From NCBI GenBank assembly GCA_918797485.1, contig CAKKNE010000001.1, positions 3,658,001 to 3,722,000 on the forward strand: a stretch of DNA of 64,000 nucleotides. The letters are read 5' to 3'. The translations under genes and the position numbers were made by a program. The notes below the pieces were generated by a model. That model saw nothing but the letters and a program-made list of their open reading frames with translations. It had not been told where the DNA came from and made no database searches. Every line of letters begins with the position of its first letter. The first letter of the stretch is position 1. Positions 18,601-29,991 of the stretch are shown here, piece by piece. This DNA comes from Pelagomonas calceolata (lineage: Eukaryota).

Positions 18601-21600
18601 ATGGACAAGACGATGGTCGAGGTCGAGCGCGACGCCCCAGGCAAGGCCTGCCCGGCCTGCGGCGCGGGGCGCGTCGACGACGTCGGCCCCTGCGCGGCCT
18701 GCGGCCGGCGCACGGCCGACCCACACATCGCGCGGCGGCCCGTCAAAAAGGAGCGGCGCACGGCGCGGGCCGAGGACGTGCTCGACCTCGCGTCGAAGTA
18801 CGCGCGGACGCACCGCGACGCGCTGACGCGGGGCGAAGCGTTACGGTTTCTGGGGGACCACGTCGCGGAGCTGCCGAACGTTTCGTTGCTCCGCCGGGGC
18901 GCTGCGTACGCGCTGGCGGCGTCAAGGGCAGCTCCTGCTGAATTCTACGGCGGCGACGGCACGCCACAAATTGCAAAGGGCGAGGCCGTGCCCGAGTGCC
19001 TCGCGCGGACCGTTCGAAGACTGTGCGACGGCGGGCATATTCTGAGAGGCAAAGCAAACATCTGGACCGAGGCCAACCAGAGCCTGGGCGCCTCGTTGCA
19101 ATGGCTGGCTTCATATGATACCGCTTCAGTGGGAGACGACCGCGGCCGGTACCCGCTCGACACCCTATTGAAGCTCTGGGCCTGCCTGCCCGAGGCCGTG
19201 GCGCGCGAGGCGACGAAGAACGCCATCGACGACTGCCACGAGGCCGTGCGAAAGCTTCACAAGCAACGCAACGACCTCGAGGGCGCGCTCGCGGGCGCGT
19301 TCGGCGACAAGGGCGACGCGGCGGCCGACGTCGGCGCCCTCGAGGCGTGCCTGGCCCAGGCCGAGGCGCTGGCCGACGAGCTCAGTAAAGAGGACCCGAA
19401 GAAGGGGGTCTACAGAAAGCGCCTGGACGACCTCGCGCAGCACCGGCGCGCCGCGGCCGCCGCGGCCGCGGCCTGCGAGGACGCGCTCGGGGACGCCGGC
19501 GACGCGCTCGCGCGATATAAACATCCAACGGACGCCGCGCTCGACCGGTGGACGGCGCACCGCGCCGCCGAGAAGCGGCTGCGGGCCTGCGGCGCGCGGC
19601 GGCGGGCGTTAGGAGAGAGGGCGCGGGCCCTGCACGCCCGGGCGAAGGAGCCGGAGCGGCGCGGACTTGATATCGACGCACTGACGCGGCGCGTCCTCGA
19701 CGGCGTCGGCGCCTACGACGCCATGGCGGCGTCGCCGCGGCTCGACGTCGTCAGTTTGATCCGGCGTATTAGGGAAGGCGAGGCGCAGCTGCCGCCGGCG
19801 CCGGCGGAACCGGTGGAACCGGTGGAGCCGGAGGCGACGCAAACGCCGCGCGACCCGCGACTCTACGACTACGCGGCGGCGCGCGTCGCGTGCGAGGAGG
19901 CCGACGCCGCTTTGGCCGCGCGGACGGCGAAGACCGCGCGGCAGCGGCTACGTATAATGCGCGCGGCGGCCCTGGCCGGCGCGCTGCCCGCGACCGTCGA
20001 CCCGGACGCGGCGGCGACGGTCGCGCATCTGTCGGACCGCCTCGCGGGCCGCCGCCGCGTGGCCGAGCGGCCCTGGGAGCAATGGGCCGCGCGCGCGCCG
20101 CCGCTCGACGCCGCGGCGCTGGCGCAGCTCCGGCGCGCGCACGACGACCCTGGCGCGGACGTCGCGGCCTCGGTCGTCGAGGCCGTCGCGGGCGGCGCCT
20201 GGCGCGCGGCGCTCGGGGACGCCAGGGACGCCGAGGCCCCGGGGCCGGCGCCCGCCGCCTTCGAGGCGCCGCCGCTGCCGCCGGCCGCCGCCGCCGCGGC
20301 CATCTACGTCCTCGCCGGCGGCAGCCCGGCCCCGGCCGACGTGCTCTTCGCCGCGCGGCGGCCGCGGCCGCGGCGCCGCCGCGCCGCCGCGCTCCCGCCG
20401 CGCGGCAAGATCGTCGCGCCGGCCGTCGCCACGGGCGTCTCTGATTTACTCGCCGGTGCCCGCGCGCGCGCCGCGCTGTGTCGCGCGGAAGCGGCGGTGC
20501 CTGAGCGGGTCGATGCGACGCTCCCGGAGGCCGCCGCGCCGCCGCCGGCCGAGGCCCCGGGCCCCGCGCCCGCGCCGCTGGCGCGCGGGACGCGGGTGAG
20601 ATACAAAGACGGCACGCTCGGCTCAATTGCAAAGTGCCACCACGACGACTTCCCGCCGTACTACGACGTCGCCCTCGCGGGCGGCCGCGTCGTCCAGTGC
20701 GAGCGCGGGTCCCTGGAGCTGGTCGACCGGCGGGCCGCCGTCGAAGCGAAACTGCGGCGCCGCGCGCCGAAGGAGATCCGGCCCGCGCTCGGCGCCGAGA
20801 CCGTCGCCGCCGCGGGCGAGGCGCTGGACGCGCTCCCGAGCACGGCGGTGGCCGCGGCGCTGGAGCCGCGGGGCCGCAGCGCGCTGGCGATCGCCGCGGC
20901 GCGGAACGACGCGAACCTCGTCACGGCGCTCCGGGACCGCGGCGCCCCGCCTGGACGGCGCGACTTCGCCGGCCGGACGGCGGCGGACGCCGCGCCGTCG
21001 ACGCGCGTCGCGCGGGCCGTCCGCTTCGGCGCCGGCGAGGATGCCGCGCCGGCGCTGGATTTTAAGAGAGGAAGCGGCCCCGTGCGGCCCGTCGACTGGG
21101 ACGTCTACGTCGCGGGCGCCGCGCGGACGCGGACCGCCAGAGGGTACGACCTGGGCGCGCGCGAAATTGTATTTGATGACGGCGAGGCGGTGCCCGTCGA
21201 AGACTGCGAACTGCGAGCTGCTGTGTGGAAATCAACCGCCACGGCGATGTCGCGAAGGCCGTGAAGTTTTGTTTCTGCGCAGGCGAGCCGGGCGCTCGGC
21301 CCTGGACGTGTACGAGCCGCTCCGCGCGCAACTCCAAAATCAGCGCGTGTCGTCGGTCGCGGGCGCGCTGGTCGACGAGCTCGCGGAGGAGTTCGTGCTG
21401 GGGTTCCGGGACCAGGGCAGAGAACTCGAGCGCGAGGCGGCGCAAGCTGAGCGCTGCGCGATGAGCGCCGAAGAACGGGCCACGCGGACTTTTCTGGCGG
21501 CCGAGGCGCGAGCGGCGCGCTTAGAACAATTGCGTTTGAATGTGCTTGCTCAGGAGACGAATTTTGGGCTCCTCTCGCCGGGGCCTCGTGCGCATCCGGC

Positions 21601-22636
21601 CCCGGCACCGGCGCCCACCGTCTACGAGACACCGGCACCCGAAGACACGGTTGCGGGCCTCGAGAGGCGTGTCGCCGCCCTGGAGTCCGATGGTCGGGTG
21701 ATCGCGAACCTCGAGGAGCGCATTGCGGCGATGGAGGAGTCAGACGACGAGGCGCCGGTGCTCGCGGCGGGCCACGAACCGGTCGAACTCGCCCACGAGG
21801 AGGAATCGGACCCCTTCGGGAAGCTACAACGTCGCGGCGACGCTCTCGGCGAGGAGGAACCGGACCCGGCGACCGGGCCCAAGCAGATTTTCGCCGCCGG
21901 CGAGCAGGCGACGGGGCCGAAACGCCTCGGCGAGGACGACGGGGACGCTACCTTCGCGCCTGGTGCACGTGTCATTTACAAGGACGGCAGTTCGGGCGTG
22001 GTCCAGAAGGCCCACCACGACGACCCCGAGGGAGGCGTCTACTACACCGTCGATTTGGGCCCTGGACGCGTCATCAATGCCTTGCACAAGTCGCTTCGGC
22101 CTCAAGATGCCGAGCAGGCGACGGGGGCGGACGAGGACGCCGCCGCGACCACGCCGCGGCCCCACGACGCCGACGCGACCCTCGACGCGCGCTTCGCGAA
22201 GCGAGAGGCGAAGGTGCGGGCGTCCTTCCTCGAGGCGACCGGATCGCTTCGAGATTACGAGCACGCGGGCCCCGACGAGGCACCGGACCGCACAGAACGC
22301 CAGCGCATACGCGCGCGCAAGCGCCGGCTCAAGAGGAATCGACGCCGGGCCGGCATCGCGGCCGCCGAGGCGCTGGCTCGAGCGCCGCTGCCCGCGGCCG
22401 AAGCGCCGGCTCCTGCCTACGCCGAGGCGCCCGCTCCTGCATATATCACGACGACGCCGCCGGCGAGCCCCGAGCGGCCGCCGAAGGACCCGGCCTTCAC
22501 GCCGACGCGCGAACGATGGTACAAACGGCGCGTCGCCGGCGTGCCGCAGAGTCCCGATACACCTCCGGCGAAACCACGTTCAGGACTGTGGGGGTTACTG
22601 TCGCGATCGGTACGGAAGAAGAAAGTAAGTGACTAG
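18601..22636 (+). CDS. Large two-exon hypothetical protein with two SH3/Tudor-like HHDD repeats and an ankyrin-like motif
   Basis: ORFs 18601-21264 and 20627-22636 join in frame across GC-AG intron 21213-21282 (VEDCEL|RAGRSALDVY). Confidence 0.65.
21213..21282 (+). mobile_element. Introner-like GC-AG intron (70 bp)
   Basis: Donor 8-mer GCGAGCTG vs post-acceptor GCGAGCCG (7/8); CTGTGTGGAAATCAA starts at +9; degenerate inverted end TTTGTTTCTGCGCAG. Confidence 0.75.
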
Positions 22637-23863
22637 TTACAACGCCGTTAATTCCGGCTCCGGGGCCTCGCCTATGCCGCCCGCGCCCCGGCGGAGCGTC
22701 TCGTCCGGCGCCGCGGGCGGCGCGTCCTCGCCGTCCGAGTCTGAGCCCCAGTCCGAGTCCGAGTCGTCGGCGGGCGGATCCGGAAACTCCGCCGCCGCGG
22801 CAATTTCGTCGGGCGCGAGCGGCGGCGTGTCGCCGCGCCCCGTGCCGCGCCACCGCTCGCGCGACGGCGGCTTCTCCGCCGGCGGGGGCGCGGACGACGA
22901 CGACTGCGCATCGTCGTCGCCGTCGCCGCGGAGCCGCCGGCGCACGAGTTTATCCTCGGCGGCCGCCGCCTGCGTCAGGCGCGCGTACTCGGCGGACGCC
23001 CGGACCCCGGCGTCCGCGTCCTCGAGCAGCGCCGCGAGGGCCTCGTCGACGTCGTCGCCGGCCGGCGCCGTCGCGAGCGCGTCGGCCACGGCGCGCCGCT
23101 CCATAACCTTCGCCGCCGCGCGCTTCGCGACGACGGCCTCGGTCACCTCGGGCGTCCACAAACCCGTGGCGTCGACGCAGGCCACGACTGCCGCCGCATC
23201 CCCAAACCGGTCGGCCAGCGCGGCCGCCGCCGCGCGGGCCGCCGTCCGCGCCAGCTTGTTCGCGCCCGGGGGCTTCGGGCCCGGCGCGCGGACGTCGCCG
23301 AGCGCGTCGCTCACGACGTGCGCCGCGCAGCGCCTGACTTTATCGTCGCCGTCCGCCAGGGCCTTGGCCGCGTTCGGCAGGCGTCTGTATGCAAGCGCCT
23401 GGACGTGCTCGTCGTTTGATTTCAAGCCCTCGCGGAGGCACTGGAGCGCGCCGAGCCGCGCCATCGCGTCCTCGTCGCGCGGCCCGCCGCTCTTCCTCCT
23501 CTGCAACGCCTTCTGCGCCAGATCCAACGCGAGCTCGACCTCCTCGGGGTCCGCGTTGCGCCGGATGACGTCCCGCGCCGCCTCGAGCGCCGCCTGGCGC
23601 GCGCAGGCGTCATCGACGCGGCCGTTCCGCTTCGACGCGGCGTAGAGCTCGCGGCAGTCCGCCGCTCTCGCGTTCGTGCCGAGGTCGCGCAGCGCGCCCG
23701 CGCGCGCCACGCCCGTTGCGCCCTTCTCTCGCATGCGTTCGCGTTGTTCATTGATTTTTCGCAGCTCGTCCGCGGCCGCCTTGTCGGCGGCGGCCGCGGC
23801 CGCCGCGACCGTGGCGGGGCTCGGCGTCCGCGCTCCCTCGCGGATGCGCACGCCGCCCTCCAT
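22637..23863 (-). CDS. HEAT/ARM-like alpha-helical hypothetical protein
   Basis: LADGDDKVRRCAA and LLEDADAGVRASA are HEAT-like; start uncertain. Confidence 0.55.
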   Translation of the reverse strand: MEGGVRIREGARTPSPATVAAAAAAADKAAADELRKINEQRERMREKGATGVARAGALRDLGTNARAADCRELYAASKRNGRVDDACARQAALEAARDVIRRNADPEEVELALDLAQKALQRRKSGGPRDEDAMARLGALQCLREGLKSNDEHVQALAYRRLPNAAKALADGDDKVRRCAAHVVSDALGDVRAPGPKPPGANKLARTAARAAAAALADRFGDAAAVVACVDATGLWTPEVTEAVVAKRAAAKVMERRAVADALATAPAGDDVDEALAALLEDADAGVRASAEYARLTQAAAAEDKLVRRRLRGDGDDDAQSSSSAPPPAEKPPSRERWRGTGRGDTPPLAPDEIAAAAEFPDPPADDSDSDWGSDSDGEDAPPAAPDETLRRGAGGIGEAPEPELTAL

Positions 23864-24101
23864 TGCTGTGTCCTGTCGTTCCTGTCCTGCGGAGCACTCG
23901 CGCCCTCCACCGACGAGAAGCGCACGCGGTCGAACTGGCGCGACGCGATGGGGCAGCCCTCGGATCCGGCCAACGACGGCGCCGCGCGCACCCAAGCCCG
24001 CACGGTGCCGGTGATGAAGACGCCGCCGACGCGCGCCGCCGGGTCGCCCCCGAGGCGATATCTAAGATAAACCAGCAATCAATAAACACGGGGGGCGTCC
24101 T

Positions 24102-24404
24102 CTAGGAGTTCTTGCCGACGCCGTTCGACATGTTGTAGAGGCCGCGCGACACCTGGACCAGCGCGAAGCCGATGAGGGCGATGCCGACGCCGAACATGGT
24201 CTGGTCGCCCTGGCCGCCTTTGAGGTAGGTCGGGTTGTCCGCGCCGTGGAGGTGGAGGTTCTGGACGTAGGGCGTCCGGTACTCGGCGATTTTGTTGGGC
24301 ATGTTCGCCACGGGCCGCGCCATGGTCTCGAGGACGGTAAAGGACCGCGCCGGGCGCCGCAGCGCCGGCGCCGCGCGGGCCGCCGCTATCCTTGCGGCGT
24401 TCAT
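24102..24404 (-). CDS. Cytochrome c oxidase subunit VIIa-like small mitochondrial protein
   Basis: Arg-rich presequence; PTYLKGG..D + TM + RGLYNMSNGVGK. Confidence 0.7.
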   Translation of the reverse strand: MNAARIAAARAAPALRRPARSFTVLETMARPVANMPNKIAEYRTPYVQNLHLHGADNPTYLKGGQGDQTMFGVGIALIGFALVQVSRGLYNMSNGVGKNS

Positions 24405-24714
24405 CGCCGCTATCCTTGCGGCGTTCTTCGCGGCTCTCCTAGGCCTGCGCGGGACGAGCGAGTGGGCGGCTGTGACGTGGGGAGCGGGGGCTTTGTTCTA
24501 AGCGTGCGGCAAGCGCGCCGCGGCCCCGCGCCTCGCGCTGAGGCTGTAATTTGCCGTTCAGCTAGAGACGGCCTTTCTGAGGCGCGGCGGTGCGGCTGCC
24601 GGAGCGCTTGCGCCACGGCTTCGAGCTGCTTCGGCGCTGTGTGTTGAGGTCGGATCGGGAGTCTCACCTCGCTTTTTTTAGCCTGAAAAAGCCGCTTGAG
24701 CAACCTGCGGAAAG

Positions 24715-24737
24715 CTAGTGCGTTACACAATAGCTAA
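24715..24737 (-). promoter_or_regulatory. Degenerate CTAG element in divergent promoter
   Basis: TTAG CTATTGTGTAACGCA CTAG (minus). Confidence 0.45.
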
Positions 24738-24878
24738 CTCGGACGAGAATAGGAGGACGACAGGGACGCCAGCCAGGTGGCCCCGCGGGCGCCAAGGACT
24801 GTTTAAGAGGCTCACGCGCCACGCACCACCTGCAGGCTGGACGACGGACGACCGCGACATCTCAGGCAGAGCTAGAGC

Positions 24879-25166
24879 ATGGCAGGTGTGCGCGCAGCGG
24901 TAGAACTCGCGGCGAGCTTCGGCGTGGGGCTAGGCGCCGCGGGTGGCGCCGGGTATTATTTGCAGCAGGAATTACGTAGGAGACGAGACGAATCCATCGC
25001 CGCGCTCCGGCCGGCCGCGCCCGCGAAGGTGCCGGCCTTCGACTACGACGCGCTATACGCCGCGCCGCCGCGGCGCGAGGGCCCCGTCTACGCCTTCCTG
25101 CGGGACGGCTGGAACGGCGCCCTCGACGGCGCGCGCAAGGCCATCGGCGACATCTTCGCGCCGTGA
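24879..25166 (+). CDS. Small hypothetical membrane protein
   Basis: 95-aa ATG ORF with N-terminal TM and GC3-rich codons. Confidence 0.55.
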   Translation: MAGVRAAVELAASFGVGLGAAGGAGYYLQQELRRRRDESIAALRPAAPAKVPAFDYDALYAAPPRREGPVYAFLRDGWNGALDGARKAIGDIFAP

Positions 25167-25455
25167 CGGCGGACCTCCCCTGTGCCCCTTAATTGTCTCT
25201 TTTACTTTCTAGCGTAGTGCATGGGGCTGGTGGGAGTCTGTGGGAGGCGTCCGCGCGCGGCACTCCCGCGCCGCCGCCGCGCCCACAGCAGGCTGGTACA
25301 TGGTGCCATTGGTGGCGCCCAACCAACAAGTGCGACACGAATTAGTGGCCGGCACCGTGTGCGAATTTGTGCGCACACACCACTACGCCAGGCTAGGATC
25401 GCTACGGCAAGAATCTCTGCGATTGCTGCAAGAGTGAAAGAGCTGCAAGTTGGTC

Positions 25456-26106
25456 ATGGCAGTAAAACTCGTCGCACGGCTGCTCCTGCTCGCCCAAATC
25501 ACGCAAGCGTTGCGCGTCACCCGCCGCTCGCTCGCCGGCGCGGCGGGAGCGCTTGCAACAGCACCACAAGTTACGAACGCCGTCCGGCCGCCCGAGTTCG
25601 TCACGCAGCAGCCGGGCTTCACGCCCACGAAGTCCGGCCTCCAGATCAAGGACGTCAAGGAGGGCACCGGCGCGGCGGCAGCCACTGGCGACCGCGTCGT
25701 CTACGAGTGGGAGGGCTACACGATCGGTTATTTTGGGCGGCCCTTCGAGAAGAAGGCTGGGTTGAAAGGTGGCGACTTCGAAGGAGAAAAGGACTACTCG
25801 CGGTTTGTGGTTGGTAGAGGAGAAGTCGTGCCGGCGCTGGAAGAAGGCGTATTGGGCGTGCGCGAGGGCGGCGTCCGCCAGATCATCTTCCCTCCCGAAT
25901 TAGGGTACCCCATGGTCGGCGACCAGCGCGACGGCAAGATGGCGGACCCGTCCCACGACCGGGTCGGCCCGAAGCCTACGTCCTTTTCAGGGTCCCGCGC
26001 GCTCGACTTCGTGCTCACCTCGAAGTCGGACAACGTCGACAAGACGTTGTTGTTGAACTTCAAGGTCGTGCGCGTCGATAAACCCGGGGGGAAGTACAAG
26101 TTCTAG
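25456..26106 (+). CDS. FKBP19: FKBP-type peptidyl-prolyl isomerase, thylakoid-lumen FKBP19-like
   Basis: GYTIGYFGRPFE, PPELGYP and GPKPTSFSGSRALDFVL motifs; signal peptide + twin-Arg TRRSL. Confidence 0.85.
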   Translation: MAVKLVARLLLLAQITQALRVTRRSLAGAAGALATAPQVTNAVRPPEFVTQQPGFTPTKSGLQIKDVKEGTGAAAATGDRVVYEWEGYTIGYFGRPFEKKAGLKGGDFEGEKDYSRFVVGRGEVVPALEEGVLGVREGGVRQIIFPPELGYPMVGDQRDGKMADPSHDRVGPKPTSFSGSRALDFVLTSKSDNVDKTLLLNFKVVRVDKPGGKYKF

Positions 26107-27607
26107 TAAGTTTTGTGAGTACAATAATGCAATGAAAACCTAGCGTCTCGACATTCTAGCAAATTCAAACATACGCCTCGATAGCGTCAAAAGAATGACC
26201 CAAATTCAGAATACATCCTAGTCGTTCGCCGAGACCAAATATTTCAGAGTAGCGGCCCGGGAACATACCCTCGCGCCTCCCGGAAGGCACCGCCCACGAC
26301 ATTCGCGGATGAGTCTTAAGGCTTGCCAAAGTACACCAGCGATTAACGCCGCCATCTACCGTCCAAATAGTACATTATATCAACTCCAGCCCAGTTTTCA
26401 TCCACACTCGACGGAACCGGAGCCGACGGCCCGCGCTCGGAGGGCGGGAGAAGAGTTCTACTAGACAACTCCCGCGTTTATGTTCGTTTACTTCCGTTTG
26501 TTGATGGTAGAGTCCATCCAGTCCGCATCGGCGCGCACTGAGCTATTTGAGGTGATCCGTATGAGCCGCGCGATTCGTCGACTTTGCGACCCCGCGTTAC
26601 TGCGTTAAGGGGTAAATAAGTAGGACCCGCGAGTATCAGCGATGCCACCACCCAGATGGACCATAACGCCGTTGTTCTATTCACGATCGACCGACTTGCC
26701 CGTTCTCCGCGGACGACGGTGCGTACGCGGGGCACTGAATTGGCCCCAGACCCGTGAGTTATGAAATAAATTTGCATTTCAGGCGCTTTAGTAGTGGGAC
26801 GGGCCAGATAACCGGGCTGAGCGCCTACTACATTGCTCGAGACCCCACGATGCTCCGCGCGGTTCGGCCAACTCGCGAGCCCATTATCTCGCTTAATTCG
26901 GCACCACACCTGGACCTGCGACCATCAGCCCGTGTACCATCACCATGGACCTTGATGAGATCATTTGTTCCATGATCGACCGACTTGCGCGAGGTCCAGA
27001 TCAAGATGTTCACGTCCCGAGCGTGGGCAGCCAAAAGTACCCTTCTCGCAGTGTAGATGTCATATACTCGTAGTTGACTATCGATGGGGTAGTATGGGGT
27101 CCAACGAGACCGCTACGGCGACTACTGGGGCCCCTCGGGTAATTGGCGTTTTTGACGGGAACGGGGCGCCATCGGGTCCAAATTGTTTACTTTTTTCGGT
27201 AGCAGATCGGCTCGCGGACTCCCTCTGGGATAGGTCTGGGGTCGGGTAGTCGCCTATGCCGCATACGCCATCGATGCGGCAGCCCAGAGCTCTGAAAGCT
27301 ATTGCCAAGCTATTCATGGTTTTTGGGCGCGCAGTGGCGAGAGAATTGGCCAAAAATGCTGGGAGCGGCGGCGTATGCGGTGTAGGCGCTTGCACGTGTA
27401 TAGCATCGACCCTAGGCGGTCCCAGGGAGACCTCTTGGGCAGGGATTGACAGGATTCCACAGGCGCGGCCGCCATAGACCGTAGGGCGCCCTCGGCCGCG
27501 AATTAAAAAATGTCCCTTTTTGGCCCCCAGTACGTGTCCCATTGATCTCTTTGGACCAGTAGCGCACCGAACGGTACTCAGACGGCTGAATGGCGCCACG
27601 CTAAAAC

Positions 27608-27630
27608 CTAGTATGTCTCGACGACGCTAG
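27608..27630 (-). promoter_or_regulatory. CTAG upstream element
   Basis: CTAG CGTCGTCGAGACATA CTAG (minus), upstream of 27797. Confidence 0.6.
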
Positions 27631-27796
27631 GGCTGAGCAAGCCGGAGTCCACTTTATTTGGCATACGCGGCTATAATATGTTGTTCAGCGCATGAACACG
27701 ACGAACAGTTATTTCTGCCATACGACGCGTGCCAGTCCTTGAAAGACGTGCAGCCGAACGCTGTCCCGCTCAACGAGGTAGGCCACTGCAGGCAGT

Positions 27797-29589
27797 ATGA
27801 GTGCTCTGGAGGCAAGAGCGGAAGCGAGCGCGCTCGACGTCGCCGCGGCGTCGCCCTACGACCGGCGCCGCGAGGTAGTGAAGGCCGTGCCCGGCGCGCG
27901 TCTCATACACAGACGGCGCCTGGTGAACGACGAGGGCCGCGAGCTCACGCCGTCGGAGCTCGCCATGCGCCGCGCGAGGAGGCGGCGCTTCAAGGACGAG
28001 TTTATACCTAGAACGACCTACGATAAGCACAGGGACGGCTACTACTTCGGCACGGGAGCTAGAGGCACGGGCTACTATCTCGACGAAACTACGATAGACT
28101 ACGGCGACGTCGACGACGAGGGCTACGTGTTGGTGCGCGTCGCGCCGCCCGTCGCGTTACAAAGGGCCTTGCCACGAAGGCGATCTGTCGGTAGACAGGG
28201 TTTACTGTTCGACGAGGCCTTCCTGGACGCGTTAGGCCCGGCGCACGGCGCGCCCTCGGATAGGTATTGCGTCGTCGCGCCGCCGTGGCTTTGCGGCATG
28301 CCGCCTCCTCCTTCACGTTTTGAGAAGGAGAATTCTGGTGGCACGAAGGCGACCTTTACAAATGAAATGGCGCGCGAGCGCCTCGCGTACCTGCGGAGAC
28401 GGCACGACGACGAAAGTCGGAGGAGGAAGCTCTATTCTAGGCCAAAAACGCTCACAATCTGTTCAAAGAACGGGGCCGTCGTGCGCCTCCGCAAGGCGCT
28501 CGATTCCGCGAAAATCGCCGTGCTGGAGCCGGGCGCGACGTGTGTCGCTGACGAGGAGGCGTTGGATGGTGTCGTACTGAGGTGTAGAATAACAGAGCCG
28601 GTGCGCGGCTGGCTGTCGCGGAAAGTCGTGACGTGCCCCGACGCGGATTTTGGGACGCTCGTCGGGACGCGGCGTCCCCTTTTATTCGCGGTGCGTCGAT
28701 CACGAGTCTTCCCACGCAGGTCGCTCCGAAGGAGGCTGTACGACGTGTACCGGCGGGAAATCAAGTACAGGGCCGCGCCGCGTCGAACCGTGACTTGGTG
28801 GCAGCGGAGCCCAAGACGCAGATCGCAATATGCGAGGACGACGTCGTGGCGCTGCCCGTCGCTTGCGGCGAGATGGCCTTCCGCGGCGACGCGCTCGAGC
28901 CGGTATTTACGCAAAAGGGCCCCTGGGCCGTGCGCCTCGAGTTGGAAGGCGTCCACGAAAAACCGCTCGCCTTCGTCGCGACAATAAAAAGGAAGACGCT
29001 CCTCAAAGAATCACGGGTGTTGCTGGAGCTGTTCGCGAAGACGCACGCTGCTAAATACGATACAGATATCGGCGTCCTCGAACTCTACCAGGGCGGCCGC
29101 CGGATCGACGAAGCGACATTAATCTGTGAACTTGTTGAGGACCTGGACGCGACGGCGCCTTCCATATCAGCGGCGTTTGTTGTCAAAAGGCGCCACGGTG
29201 CCTCTGAAGAAGCGGTGGTCTCGGCGCGGTCTTTGTTGTTGCAGAAGCGCGCCCCAGTTATTGATGACTGGTCGTCGCAAAAAGAGATACTGGCGGCGAA
29301 CGCGGCGAAGGGCCCCGGCCAACAACAGACGTCCGCCGAGATAAGAGCCTACTGGGACGAGCAGAAGCGTTCGGGGTACAAGCACTGGCGCACGGACGCG
29401 GCGCTGCGGGGCTTCTACACGCGGACGGAGGACGAGGCCAAGGTTAAGCAGTGGGACGCGTCGTTGAAACCAAAACGCGGGTTCCTGGAGGGTTCATCGG
29501 TGTATTCCGATGAGGTTGTGGCGGAGCGGAGGCGGCGGGACGCGTCTCTCGGGTCGAGCGAGGGGTGGCTGTCTTCGAAGCGGGGGTAG
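27797..29589 (+). CDS. Two-exon hypothetical protein with an SH3-like domain
   Basis: ORFs 27797-28987 and 28633-29589 probably joined by an intron ending CCCACGCAG at 28719 (donor uncertain); RCRITEPVRGWLS is SH3b-like; GYYFGTGARGTGYYLD motif. Confidence 0.55.
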
Positions 29590-29991
29590 GTCTTTTGTTA
29601 CTAACGTTTTTGTTTACCAGTCGCGTCCGTTCGCCCGCGCGCGCATTTTTAGTTTGGAAGCTAACGTGCGGGTTTTTCACTAGCGAAGACCCGGTCCACG
29701 CGTCCTGGGGCGGCTCGCGCTCGTCCTGAGGACTCCTGCTACGGCCCTTCCACGGCCGACCCCAGCAGAAAACGCTAGTAGGAAGCAAAAAGCTTGCAGC
29801 TGAGCTTTTGGCGTCGCATCAGCAGCGGATATCTGAGCCTACGGACAAGTAACGAAGACAGCGACGCCCTTAACGCTGCGCTAGAACAGTGATTCAACAC
29901 TCCAGCGGCCGCGACGTCTTGCTGCGCCCGCTAGCTTGAAAAAACGATCTAGGCCAATCCCTGGCCAAAGATCGCCCGCGGAACTGCTAAC

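Noticed and set aside
23864..24078. Coding-like GC-rich stretch upstream of the HEAT-like gene
   Set aside because: Could be an extra exon or a small gene, but I could not fix a frame, start or splice sites.
29931..29952. CTAG-N14-CTAG upstream of hemA
   Set aside because: The spacing fits but the CG and GTAA-S-A-Y-A core is absent, so it was not counted as a motif copy.
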